64,000 nucleotides of DNA from Promethearchaeota archaeon. GTDB lineage: Archaea > Asgardarchaeota > Lokiarchaeia > Sigyniarchaeales > SOKP01. Below the pieces are notes generated by a model. That model did no database searches. It saw nothing but the letters and a program-made list of their open reading frames with translations, and was not told the DNA's origin. The position numbers were made by a program, and so were the translations under genes. The DNA lies in the NCBI GenBank assembly GCA_048938025.1, contig JBHLMP010000006.1, positions 23,316 to 87,315 on the forward strand, written 5' to 3'. Shown here one piece after another: positions 55,131-64,000 of the stretch. Within the stretch, counting starts at the first letter, position 1. Each line of letters begins with the position of its first letter.

Positions 55131-56846
55131 CTATTTTTTAGCGAAAGGTTCAAGATCTAAAGCTTCAAATATTCCATCATTAGCTTTAAGAGTTCCAAGA
55201 AAGTGCCACTCACCTTCTTCTACATTTTCCCCTTTACCATATGTCTCTGCCATATTGTAAAGTCTTTTAAAATTTTCATAATGAAGTGCTACTCTATTTT
55301 CGGCATAGTCTCTCGCGCTCCACGTTGTTATGAGGAATTGCCAATCACTACTTTCTAATAATAATAGTTCTCTCGCCATCTGTTTAAGAATTTTTATTAG
55401 ATTTGGATCAGGAGTATCTTTATATTTTGCGATGATTTCTTCGCTTTTCGCTTCACATTCGTATATTCTTATCCACGTCCAAGTTGTCCATTCGTTTAAC
55501 CACACCCAATGAGAACTTGCTTGCCCCCATGAACCTTCAATAATCTGTACAACCTTATTTGGAGGATTTTGTTCAACATACAACCTTGTATTTGTTAATT
55601 CAATTTCAGGATCATCTTCCATCCAACGAAGAACTCTTGCTAACCACCAGTTTCCCTCAAACCACCAATGTCCAAATAATTCTGCATCATAAGGTGCTAT
55701 AACTATTCCATTTCTCCCAAACTTATTTTTAAAATCTCTTAAGATATCTTTTGTTAGATTTAAATAATGACTAGCATTTTCATCTAGTTTTCCAGGAACA
55801 TCTTCTGGCCAATATAACCATTTTTCTCCTAAATCCAATTTAGGACTGGTAACCTTCCAGTACCTCAATCCAGAGGGCCAAGACTTCTTATGAAAGTCTA
55901 AGTATTCAGCACATCCAGGATAACCATGTTCTCCGCTCCATACTACGATTCCTGTTTTCTCATCTCTCGTAAAAAATCCAACTGGAGAAGGTGTAGATGG
56001 ATCAGTTGATACTAAATATACCTCATATTGAGACTTCTCAAAAGAAGTTGGAATTTCCTGATATTGTGATTCAAATTGCTTCCATAGTTCAGCAAGTAAT
56101 GGAAATCGAGCAGCATAAACTCCTTGAGACTTTCCACCTAAAAGTAGTGTTGTATCTATAAAAAAATATTTCAATCCATTTTTAGCGAGGAAATATTCTA
56201 CACCAGGTCTTTCATATTCTTCTTCAGTAATAGGGTTTTTCCAGCGATAACCAGGGCGATAACCACACTCAGGTAACCAAGCACCAGTGGGGGTTCTTCC
56301 AAAATGCCTTTTATAATTGTCAACAGCAGTCTTAAATTGAGCATCGATGGATGTATCTTTTGAAAGAAGAGGCGCATATCCATGGGTTGCGCCACAAGTA
56401 ATTATATCAATTAGGTTCATGTCCTGAAGTGTTTTAAATGCTCCTACGATATCCTTATTATATCTATGAATAAAATTATCTTTTACGCGTTCATAGAATT
56501 CTTGCCACCATTTAGTTAACTTTATTCTTCCTTCTTCATATTTATTTACGGTAAAGTCTTCATAATCATGAAGTGCAGCATTATATTTTTCATCTATATA
56601 CCCTAAAAATCCATTAATAAAGGATGGGTGACGTAACATTTCACATAGCACAGGTGTAATTCCAACAGTCAATTTTGGGTGATATCCATCATCAATTAAC
56701 TTGTATAATTCTATTAATAAGGGAATATAAGTTTCAGCAGCTGCTTCATTTACCCAGTCCATTCCATGGGGCCAGATACCATGCCCTAATACCCAAGGTA
56801 AATGTGAGTGTAATACTAATGAAAAAGATCCTAATGATTTAGTCAT
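55131..56846 (-). CDS. GH57-family 1,4-alpha-glucan branching enzyme
   Basis: FSLVLHSHLPWV, GYAPLL and AELFGHWWFEG blocks, plus a C-terminal helical (DUF1957-like) region. Confidence 0.8.
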   Translation of the reverse strand: MTKSLGSFSLVLHSHLPWVLGHGIWPHGMDWVNEAAAETYIPLLIELYKLIDDGYHPKLTVGITPVLCEMLRHPSFINGFLGYIDEKYNAALHDYEDFTVNKYEEGRIKLTKWWQEFYERVKDNFIHRYNKDIVGAFKTLQDMNLIDIITCGATHGYAPLLSKDTSIDAQFKTAVDNYKRHFGRTPTGAWLPECGYRPGYRWKNPITEEEYERPGVEYFLAKNGLKYFFIDTTLLLGGKSQGVYAARFPLLAELWKQFESQYQEIPTSFEKSQYEVYLVSTDPSTPSPVGFFTRDEKTGIVVWSGEHGYPGCAEYLDFHKKSWPSGLRYWKVTSPKLDLGEKWLYWPEDVPGKLDENASHYLNLTKDILRDFKNKFGRNGIVIAPYDAELFGHWWFEGNWWLARVLRWMEDDPEIELTNTRLYVEQNPPNKVVQIIEGSWGQASSHWVWLNEWTTWTWIRIYECEAKSEEIIAKYKDTPDPNLIKILKQMARELLLLESSDWQFLITTWSARDYAENRVALHYENFKRLYNMAETYGKGENVEEGEWHFLGTLKANDGIFEALDLEPFAKK

Positions 56847-57018
56847 GTTTATTTAATTTTTGATTTATAATTATAAATTATTTAATTGTGCATTTCTTAA
56901 ATACTAATCATCATTCTAATATTCTTGAAAACACAAAAAATATATATAGTAGATTTAGTATCATATACATACTCTCTATTTAACACATATTAAGAAATTC
57001 AAAAATTACTAGATCAAA

Positions 57019-58407
57019 ATGGTTGAAAATCTCAAGGACATGATCAAAGGAGGCAGAATTGTCGGTAGAGCTAATTATGTCTTTACTCCTGAGATATCAA
57101 GTTCTATTGGCTCTATACACGGTAGTTTATTTGGTCAAAATGAATCAATTGTAATTGGGAGAGATTATCATAATGATAGTAGAATGTTAAAAAGAGCATA
57201 TACTTCAGGAATTATGTCTACCGGTATTGATCTTTTAAACTTATCAGATTGCACATTTCCTATGCTACAATTTACTATTCGCCGTTTTGGTGCAAGTGGA
57301 GGAGTTTACGTTTCTGGGGGACATCTATATAGTGAAGATGTGGGGATTAGATTTGTAAATGCCGGTGGAATTGAATTAGCACAAACAGAAATTCAAAAAA
57401 TAGTTAAATCCTATAATAACTATCCAGAGAATGTAAGAAGAGTTGAACCGAACGAAATTGGACAGATTACAGCAATTCCGCAAACTGATGATATTTATAT
57501 TAAGTCTCTACAGCAATTTGTTAATAAAAAAAGAATAAAAAAAGCGGATTTAAGAATTGTTGTTGACTGTTCTTACGGACCTACGGGAAAAATTACTCCC
57601 CTTTTACTTAATGATATAGGAGTAGAAGTTATAGCTCTAAATACACATTATCGTGAGAGATCACAAAATCCAGTACCTAATATCAACACAATAAGAAATA
57701 CAGCAAATATAGTTAAAGCATCAAATAGTCATTTAGGTATTTGTTTTGATGTGGATGGGTCAAGAATTTTAGTAATTGATGAAAATGGTTTAGAAGTTAA
57801 TTTTGAAGAATTATTAATGCTTTTTGTATCATATGATGAAAGGATTCAAAAGTCAAAAGGAAATACAATTATAACAACACCTTCCATTTCACCTATAGTA
57901 AAAAGATTTATTGAAGATAATGGATTTCCCGTAAAACAAGTTGAAAACCTTCCAGGAGAGATTTCTAGGCAAATAAGAGAAGAACGTGCGTGTTTTGCTG
58001 CCTCTGATACTTTAAAGTTTTATCTACCAGAATATTCTCCATTTTCAGATGGTAATTTCATTCTTATTAAGATTCTTGAGATAATGACTAATCAGAATGA
58101 TTTGCTTAGCTCTCTAACAAGAGGTTTTCCTAAAGGGATAAAAATTAATAAATCAATCTCAATTTCACCTAGTTTGCTTGATACTTTTCATAATCAATTA
58201 ATAGAAGTAACGGAAGAACATAGATTCAAATATATTGATATAATTAATGAATTAAAAATTATTGATAATGATGTTTTTACTACAATAAAAGTTGCTCTTA
58301 ATAGAAGCGCTGTATTATTATCAGCAGAATCTTGTGTCGAGGATACTAATGCGGCAAAAAAAATGATTCAAAACTTAGAAGGGATAATACAGAATATGCA
58401 TGTTTAA
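57019..58407 (+). CDS. Phosphohexomutase (PGM/PMM)-fold protein with degenerate catalytic motifs
   Basis: Four-domain length. GVYVSGGHLY aligns to the xTASHNP phosphoserine loop but has Gly at the Ser position. FDVDGSR replaces DxDxDR. Confidence 0.6.
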   Translation: MVENLKDMIKGGRIVGRANYVFTPEISSSIGSIHGSLFGQNESIVIGRDYHNDSRMLKRAYTSGIMSTGIDLLNLSDCTFPMLQFTIRRFGASGGVYVSGGHLYSEDVGIRFVNAGGIELAQTEIQKIVKSYNNYPENVRRVEPNEIGQITAIPQTDDIYIKSLQQFVNKKRIKKADLRIVVDCSYGPTGKITPLLLNDIGVEVIALNTHYRERSQNPVPNINTIRNTANIVKASNSHLGICFDVDGSRILVIDENGLEVNFEELLMLFVSYDERIQKSKGNTIITTPSISPIVKRFIEDNGFPVKQVENLPGEISRQIREERACFAASDTLKFYLPEYSPFSDGNFILIKILEIMTNQNDLLSSLTRGFPKGIKINKSISISPSLLDTFHNQLIEVTEEHRFKYIDIINELKIIDNDVFTTIKVALNRSAVLLSAESCVEDTNAAKKMIQNLEGIIQNMHV

Positions 58408-58526
58408 AAAGTTTTATGATTATTCTTGTGTCTATCTTTTCTAAATGAGTTTAAAATTTAAAAAACATACAAATAATTATATAATAATATAATATTTTAA
58501 AAATAAAATTATAGGATGATATAACC

Positions 58527-59198
58527 TTGGCAGTTGACGTATATCAAATAATAATATTAGTAACGTTATTCATTATTTATGGGATCTTCTTAATGTTTGA
58601 TTTATTTGGAAGAAACGAGAATTATGGCTATTTAGCATATGTTGTAGCAGTTATCCCCATTAATTATCTCTGGTCTATGGGCTCAGATTATGTAATAGCA
58701 GCATATTTTATACTCTTCATCTTATGGGATATTACATTAATACGCGATACATTTGGGGTTTATTTTAAAAAGAATAAAGAAATTAATGAGATATTATTAT
58801 ACTTGGTTCTTGGAATTATAATACAAATAATAATTTCAGCGATTTTACCTGAAGGAGATTCTGCTTTACAAGTTAATACTGAACAATTATGGTTTTTTTG
58901 GTTGCCTAATATTCATTCAGCAGTTTTTGAGGGAGAATCGCTCATTTTAGGCTTTAAACTTGCAGCGAGTTTAATGGTTTTGCTTATAGTTTTACCATTA
59001 ATTCTAGATATTAAAGATGAAGAAATCCCACTTCCTATGTTTATTATCATCATCGCAATTTTTATCATTCCTTTTCTCTATATTAGTTATATTTGGCTTC
59101 CTGGTCCTGAAACATTAGGGGTTTTAACGTTCTTATTTTCAGTGATTCTATTTATAATCTTACTTCTAATAACTCGGAGTGGAAAAGAGACAAAATAA
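58527..59198 (+). CDS. Hypothetical polytopic membrane protein
   Basis: 223-aa hydrophobic ORF with a TTG start. No motif recognised. Confidence 0.45.
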   Translation: MAVDVYQIIILVTLFIIYGIFLMFDLFGRNENYGYLAYVVAVIPINYLWSMGSDYVIAAYFILFILWDITLIRDTFGVYFKKNKEINEILLYLVLGIIIQIIISAILPEGDSALQVNTEQLWFFWLPNIHSAVFEGESLILGFKLAASLMVLLIVLPLILDIKDEEIPLPMFIIIIAIFIIPFLYISYIWLPGPETLGVLTFLFSVILFIILLLITRSGKETK

Positions 59199-59366
59199 CC
59201 ATAAATTAATAATTATTTATTACTGGGAGTGGTAAAGAAGTTAAATACAAAAATTAATATTTTTTGTTTTTTCTATTAATTTTTTATTATTATTTTTATA
59301 TTTATATAATGATAGAATATCAAATTTAGAGAAAATCTAAATTAAAATCAATAAAAAGAGAATATC

Positions 59367-60365
59367 ATGGCAAAAAAAGTAACCCAATCTGATGAAGAGA
59401 GCGACGATAAAAATAAAAACTCAAAAATTTCACACAGTCTCAAAGATCTTCCTGGTGTTGGAGATGCAACAATAAAGAAATTAATTGATGCGGGCATTGT
59501 ATCTATTAGAACTCTGGCAATGTATCCATTACAAAAATTAATGGATGAAGCAGGGATAGGGGAAAAGACAGCTGAAAAAATAATTAGAGCAGCTCAGGAT
59601 ATCGAAAAAATGGGTTTTAAATCTGCAGATTTAATTTGGGAAAAGAGAAGAGCATTAAATAAATTAACTACGGGAAGCTCGAATTTAGATGAATTATTAA
59701 TTGGAGGTATTGAACCAGGTGCGGTTACAGAACTTTTCGGTGAATATAGAACTGGGAAAACCCAATTAACACATCAACTTTGTGTTAATGTACAACTATC
59801 TTACGAACAGGGGGGTCTTGAAGGAGCGGCTTTATATATAGATTCTGAAGGAACTTTTAGACCAGAAAGAATAATCCAGATGGCGTTAGCTAAAGATTTA
59901 GATCATAATAATATTTTAAAAAACATCATTATCGGACGAGCTTATAATAGCGATCATCAAATTCTCCTTGTGAAAGAAGCTCCGAAAATAATTTCAGAAA
60001 AAAATATAAAAATAATTGTAGTAGATTCATTAATAACGCATTTTCGAAGTGAATATATTGGAAGGGGGACTCTATCAGAACGTCAACAAATTTTAAATAC
60101 TCATATTCATGATTTATTAAGATTGACTGAAACCTATGATGAACTAGCTGTTGTTTTTACTAATCAGGTTTCAGCTAGACCTAATGTGTTTTATGGTAAT
60201 CCTTTAATACATACAGGTGGGAATATTGTTGCTCATGGAGCAACTATAAGAATCTTTTTAAGAAAAGGAAAAGGAGAACAGAGAATAGCTAAGGTTGTTG
60301 ATGCTCCTCATATACCTGAACAAGATACTGTTTTTTCAATAACTGAAAATGGAATTTCAGATTAA
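59367..60365 (+). CDS. radA: DNA repair and recombination protein RadA
   Basis: N-terminal HhH (LPGVGDATIKKLIDAG). Walker A GEYRTGKTQ. Walker B IIVVDS. Size typical of RadA/Rad51. Confidence 0.95.
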   Translation: MAKKVTQSDEESDDKNKNSKISHSLKDLPGVGDATIKKLIDAGIVSIRTLAMYPLQKLMDEAGIGEKTAEKIIRAAQDIEKMGFKSADLIWEKRRALNKLTTGSSNLDELLIGGIEPGAVTELFGEYRTGKTQLTHQLCVNVQLSYEQGGLEGAALYIDSEGTFRPERIIQMALAKDLDHNNILKNIIIGRAYNSDHQILLVKEAPKIISEKNIKIIVVDSLITHFRSEYIGRGTLSERQQILNTHIHDLLRLTETYDELAVVFTNQVSARPNVFYGNPLIHTGGNIVAHGATIRIFLRKGKGEQRIAKVVDAPHIPEQDTVFSITENGISD

Positions 60366-60420
60366 AATATAATCTCTTTTTAAAAGAAAATTATAAATAA
60401 AAGATTATAAATAAAAATTA

Positions 60421-60858
60421 CTAATAATTAAGATTTACCTCAACATCAATTCCTTCTCTCACAGCTTGGGTAACAGTACAATATTGTTCGAACATTTTTC
60501 TACATTGATCTGCTCTTTTACGGGTTTCAGGATCATCAATTTTAGCAAAAATATCTACATCAATTTTCCTTACTCTCCAAAATCCTTTCTCATTTCGAGC
60601 AATAGTTACTTCAGCTTCAGCTTTAAGATCATTAATTTTAAAATCTTTTTTTTGTAAACAAAATATAAAACTCGCACTTAAGCAACCTAATACTGCCATT
60701 GCTAACATTCTGGAGGGATTGGGACCTAGCATATCCACCTCATCTTTATGAGCTTCATCAATATAGCAATCTTTAACTTTGATTTCTCCAAGATCGCATT
60801 TAAATATCATTTCTTCTTCTAAAGTCAATCCTACTTTAGTTTTCATTACTTCCGACAT
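60421..60858 (-). CDS. OsmC/Ohr-family peroxiredoxin-like protein
   Basis: 145 aa with two conserved Cys contexts (LGCLSASF and QYCTVTQAV). Confidence 0.75.
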   Translation of the reverse strand: MSEVMKTKVGLTLEEEMIFKCDLGEIKVKDCYIDEAHKDEVDMLGPNPSRMLAMAVLGCLSASFIFCLQKKDFKINDLKAEAEVTIARNEKGFWRVRKIDVDIFAKIDDPETRKRADQCRKMFEQYCTVTQAVREGIDVEVNLNY

Positions 60859-60990
60859 TAAAATTTACCTCTATTACTAGATTTTTAGATTTTTTTCTAG
60901 TTCCATAATAATAATATAGGAACTAAGAATTTCTTAAATATTTTTTATATACTGTATAAATAAATTGAATTTATAACAATTTTTTAATAA

Positions 60991-61587
60991 TTATTGTGAT
61001 TCAATTTTCTTTAATTTAAAGTGACGATATAAATGGAATAGTATAAATGGAAAATAAAGTAATATGAGTAAGATATATGGAAATGCTAATATTGTTATAG
61101 ATAAAATCATTAAAAAAAAAATTAGAACTTCTATTACCATACAAATTTTATTGTTATAATATTTTTCATCAAAAAAGGAAGCAGGATTTTTATATTTACT
61201 CAAATAGTCAGATATGTTCTCAAATTCTTCTTTTGAAATTAAAAATTTGGGACCTATCTGTTTTTTTTGAAAATAAAAAAAATTTGTACCCCAATCAAGG
61301 GTGTCAATTAATACATGAATTGAGTAACTGTAACCACTTAGATATAAAGCTGGCCAATCCATCATATACCCTAAAATTATAAAAAATAAACTTGGAATTA
61401 TTGAATGTGTGATTAACATTCGGTGGTTTTTATCTTTAGCATATTTGGAAAGTAAAACATCAAAATCACTAATAAATGCAAAAAAGATTATCATAGAAAA
61501 TTCAAATAAATTAAAGTTAAAATAGTAATTAAGAATGGATGCTAAGATTACTCCTATTCCAAAATGAGTATTAATATGTATTAAAAT
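60991..61587 (-). CDS. DUF457 (YdjM-type) membrane-bound metal-dependent hydrolase; the start is probably non-canonical and upstream of the ATG at 61494
   Basis: The frame stays open for 31 codons upstream of the ATG. It encodes ILIHINTHFGIGVILASIL, the family's N-terminal His helix. No ATG, GTG or TTG is present in that stretch. Confidence 0.6.
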   Translation of the reverse strand: MLIHINTHFGIGVILASILNYYFNFNLFEFSMIIFFAFISDFDVLLSKYAKDKNHRMLITHSIIPSLFFIILGYMMDWPALYLSGYSYSIHVLIDTLDWGTNFFYFQKKQIGPKFLISKEEFENISDYLSKYKNPASFFDEKYYNNKICMVIEVLIFFLMILSITILAFPYILLILLYFPFILFHLYRHFKLKKIESQ

Positions 61588-61598
61588 TCACCATAATT

Positions 61599-62582
61599 TT
61601 ATATAATATATCTTCTTTGGTGTATTCTTTTTAAAACTTTTTCTTTTCTTTTAAAACCAGAAGGTCCTTTCTTTTCTACTAAAAAAGAAGCAGCTGCAGA
61701 AGCTAAATGAGCAGAATTCTCAATTTCGTTCCATGATTTATCGGAATGTATAAATTCATATAAAAATATCGAAAAATAGACATCTCCAGCTCCTGTTTCA
61801 TCAATAACCTTTCTAGCTTTAAAAGCCGGAATTTTCAAGATTTTCTCTCCTTTTTTAATAAGCATTGAACCTCTCTCGCCCAAGGTCATAATGAAGATTG
61901 CATTATTATCGTATTTAAGAAAATGATTCATGACTTTATATATATCTTCATTCTCACCTGCTAATAATTTCATTTCTTCTTCTGAACCTTTAAGGATCAA
62001 TTTATCTCCAATTAAATTTATTATTTCATCCATGTTTGAAATTATCTGTTCATCATATACATAAACAACTTCACCATCTTCTCTGATTTTTCTAAGAAAA
62101 CCCTGAAGATCTACACCTAAATATATATTAGGAAATTGTTTCAATATTTGTGAAATATAATCAATTGAAATTTCATTACATAAGGGCACTAGTACAATAA
62201 TATCAGGCGGGTTGTCAAGATACTCTACTGGAATATCATTAAATTTTAAATTAGGACTCCGAGATTTGAGAGTTAAGGTTCTAGAATGGTTATAATAGTC
62301 TAATACAAATTGAGTATTATTTACGTCTGAGTATTTTATTCCTTTTAAATCAATATTTTTATGATTAATTCCATCTAGCAATGAATAATCAAAATTTAAT
62401 GTCCCTAGATGTGAAATTATACTAATATTAACATCTTGAGAATAAGTACTCAAGGCTAAAGAACAATATGATACACTTCCTCCCAAGCTTGGCTTACTTC
62501 TTCGTTTAAATCTTATAATTGTATCAATAGCAAAGTGTCCTGTGAAAATAATGGAGGAGGATTTTTTATTTTGAAAAGTCAT
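61599..62582 (-). CDS. PfkB-family carbohydrate/nucleoside kinase
   Basis: C-terminal DETGAGDVY (GAGD anion-hole motif). N-terminal GGSVSY. Ribokinase-like length. Confidence 0.8.
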   Translation of the reverse strand: MTFQNKKSSSIIFTGHFAIDTIIRFKRRSKPSLGGSVSYCSLALSTYSQDVNISIISHLGTLNFDYSLLDGINHKNIDLKGIKYSDVNNTQFVLDYYNHSRTLTLKSRSPNLKFNDIPVEYLDNPPDIIVLVPLCNEISIDYISQILKQFPNIYLGVDLQGFLRKIREDGEVVYVYDEQIISNMDEIINLIGDKLILKGSEEEMKLLAGENEDIYKVMNHFLKYDNNAIFIMTLGERGSMLIKKGEKILKIPAFKARKVIDETGAGDVYFSIFLYEFIHSDKSWNEIENSAHLASAAASFLVEKKGPSGFKRKEKVLKRIHQRRYII

Positions 62583-63731
62583 TTATGATGATTTTAATTC
62601 TTCAATAATTTTATTCTTTTCTTCTATTGTCAACTTTAACTTATTTATTCTATTCTGCAAATCTTCAATTAAATCAGCCATTGGACCACTAGGGACGGCT
62701 TTCTGAGCAGGTTTTAACGTTTGTAATTTTGTAATTAAAATATCCTTCTCTTTTATTTGTTCTTGAAGATCCTTTACTTTATTTTCAAGATTATTAACTA
62801 AAGTTGCTGGTTTAGTTTCTTCTGATTTTAATTTTAAAGAGTTTTGCAATTTCGAAATTTCATTTCTAAGATCTTCATTTTCATTCTTAAGTTCTTTTAT
62901 CTCATTAGGTTCTAATCGAAAACCGCCTTTCGCTAAAGCTTGCTTTAATTCTGATTTTTCTTCGGTTAATTGCTTAATTATTCCTTTAGTTCGATTTAAA
63001 TCAGATTGTAAATCTTGGCAAAGCAGCTCAAGAGTGGTTGATGGAGATTGAGTTGATTGTGGCTTAATTTCTGGTTCTTTAGATATTTCGACAGGAACTA
63101 CATAATCTATTGGTAGTGTTTTTAATTTTTCAAGTAATTGTTCATTAAGAGCTTCATTTTCTTGCATCAATTCATCAATTTTTGTATCTTTAGTTTTGAT
63201 TGATTCTTCATATTCTGCAATTAATAATTTCTTTTTCGATAATTCTGACTGTAAATCTTCAATTAAAGTGTTAGTTACTGTTAATTCTGAATCCGATTCA
63301 ATACTAGGCTTAGGTTCTGGTTGCCTTGGTGTTGAATAACTTTCTATTCTTAATTCAGCAATCTCTCTTTCTTTTTCATTTAATTCTTCGTCTTTTTCAA
63401 GAATTATTCTTTCTAATGTTTTTACTTTTTCCTTTAGTTTGATGCTTTCTTGTTTGATAATTTCAGTTGCAGCTCCACTTCCAATCTGTCTTGGTTTTAG
63501 TTGTTCTTTTAATCTTTCGTTTTCTTCAATAGTTTCTTTAATAACTTTTTCAGTTCTACTAAGTAAATCAATGTTTTGCTTGATTTTATTTCTTAAATCT
63601 TCGTTTTCTTTTTCTACATCTTTAATTCTCTCAAAGGTATCTCCTATTACACTAGGTTTTTTCATTTTATTTTCCATCTTTTGTTTCCACAAACCGATAA
63701 AATCTTCTACTTTTTCATTATCTTCTGGCAT
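62583..63731 (-). CDS. Coiled-coil protein with three linker-plus-LxEDLQ modules
   Basis: E/K/L-rich heptads. The three modules are LIEDLQSELSKKK, LCQDLQSDLNRTK and LIEDLQNRINKLK, each preceded by a P/S/T/Q-rich linker. Its stop abuts the PfkB ATG. Confidence 0.6.
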   Translation of the reverse strand: MPEDNEKVEDFIGLWKQKMENKMKKPSVIGDTFERIKDVEKENEDLRNKIKQNIDLLSRTEKVIKETIEENERLKEQLKPRQIGSGAATEIIKQESIKLKEKVKTLERIILEKDEELNEKEREIAELRIESYSTPRQPEPKPSIESDSELTVTNTLIEDLQSELSKKKLLIAEYEESIKTKDTKIDELMQENEALNEQLLEKLKTLPIDYVVPVEISKEPEIKPQSTQSPSTTLELLCQDLQSDLNRTKGIIKQLTEEKSELKQALAKGGFRLEPNEIKELKNENEDLRNEISKLQNSLKLKSEETKPATLVNNLENKVKDLQEQIKEKDILITKLQTLKPAQKAVPSGPMADLIEDLQNRINKLKLTIEEKNKIIEELKSS

Positions 63732-63772
63732 TTTTCAAATTTTTTTTTCTTTTAATTATATAATTTATCTCT

Positions 63773-64000
63773 TTATTTTATAATAATTCCAGAGAAATAT
63801 CCAACACAATAACCAAGATTCTCTGTTATATCATAAGAAGTATAATATTGTAAAAATTTACCTTTTTTTGCATCTAAATTTTTACAAGTTAGCATTAATG
63901 TAGTTATCGTGTGTTTACCACATACGCTTCTAAAAGCAGCTTCAAAAGCTTTTTTAGGATTTAATTCAACAAATGCATCTATTAAATTTTGATCTCTTTT
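63773..64000 (-). CDS. 3' end of an unidentified CDS running off the window
   Basis: Open minus-strand frame from the window edge to TAA at 63773-63775. It reads ...CGKHTITTLMLTCKNLDAKKGKFLQYYTSYDITENLGYCVGYFSGIIIK. Confidence 0.5.
   Translation of the reverse strand, partial: KRDQNLIDAFVELNPKKAFEAAFRSVCGKHTITTLMLTCKNLDAKKGKFLQYYTSYDITENLGYCVGYFSGIIIK

Noticed and set aside
56863-56878. 16-bp perfect palindrome ATTTATAATTATAAAT between the branching-enzyme and PGM-like genes.
   Set aside because: It consists only of A and T in AT-rich spacer DNA. It is low complexity, likely just TATA-like sequence, and is not statistically notable.
59171-59248. A short imperfect direct repeat of the 3' end of 58527-59198 (ACTCGGAGTGGAAAAGA against ACTGGGAGTGGTAAAGA), 50 bp downstream.
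   Set aside because: Only ~17-20 bp with mismatches, which is too short to distinguish from chance or to interpret.
1-64000. I looked for tRNA, rRNA, CRISPR arrays, transposases, integrases and long terminal or inverted repeats.
   Set aside because: I saw no GC-rich structured islands of tRNA or rRNA size in any spacer, no regularly spaced direct repeats, and no ORF with recombinase motifs. A proper tRNAscan, Infernal or CRISPR scan is still advisable.

Overview
This is an AT-rich (roughly 30% GC by eye) archaeal chromosomal segment with about 63 protein-coding genes. I found no rRNA, tRNA, CRISPR array, transposase or integrase by eye. Archaeal hallmarks are RadA, the CODH/ACS alpha subunit CdhA, an MtrH-like methyltransferase, two GH57 alpha-glucan enzymes, and oligo-T tracts after stop codons.

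The window also carries a dense set of eukaryote-like signalling and trafficking domains:
- three Ras-superfamily small GTPases: one Rab-like, and two Arf-like with extra domains
- a V4R (TRAPP/Bet3-fold) protein
- at least four longin/roadblock-type domains
- a p44/Rpn10-type vWA protein with two C4HC3 cross-brace zinc fingers

From this I infer an Asgard (Loki-type) archaeon. No database search was possible, so this is inference only.

Functional blocks along the window:
- 0.4-4.3 kb: an alkyltransferase-like DNA-damage sensor, a DUF3795 gene plus a decayed duplicate of its 3' end flanking a CARDB-fused solute-binding protein, and a flavodoxin.
- 5.5-11.7 kb: a methyltransferase island with 3 ICMT-family and 3 class I SAM methyltransferases, an MBL hydrolase, a cold-shock protein and a GNAT.
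- 13-20 kb: a coiled-coil Zn-ribbon protein and two tandem paralogous single-pass membrane proteins with cytosolic longin/roadblock-like domains.
- 20-25.5 kb: housekeeping and repair genes.
- 25.8-35 kb and 52.6-58.4 kb: dispersed alpha-glucan and NDP-sugar metabolism.
- 35-37.6 kb: feoAB.
- 37.9-51.6 kb: the GTPase / vWA-zinc-finger / V4R neighbourhood, interrupted by an orphan cdhA.
- 59.4-63.7 kb: radA, OsmC, a DUF457 hydrolase, a PfkB kinase and a second coiled-coil protein.

All functional calls rest on motif and architecture recognition from the translated ORFs. They need HMM and structure confirmation.
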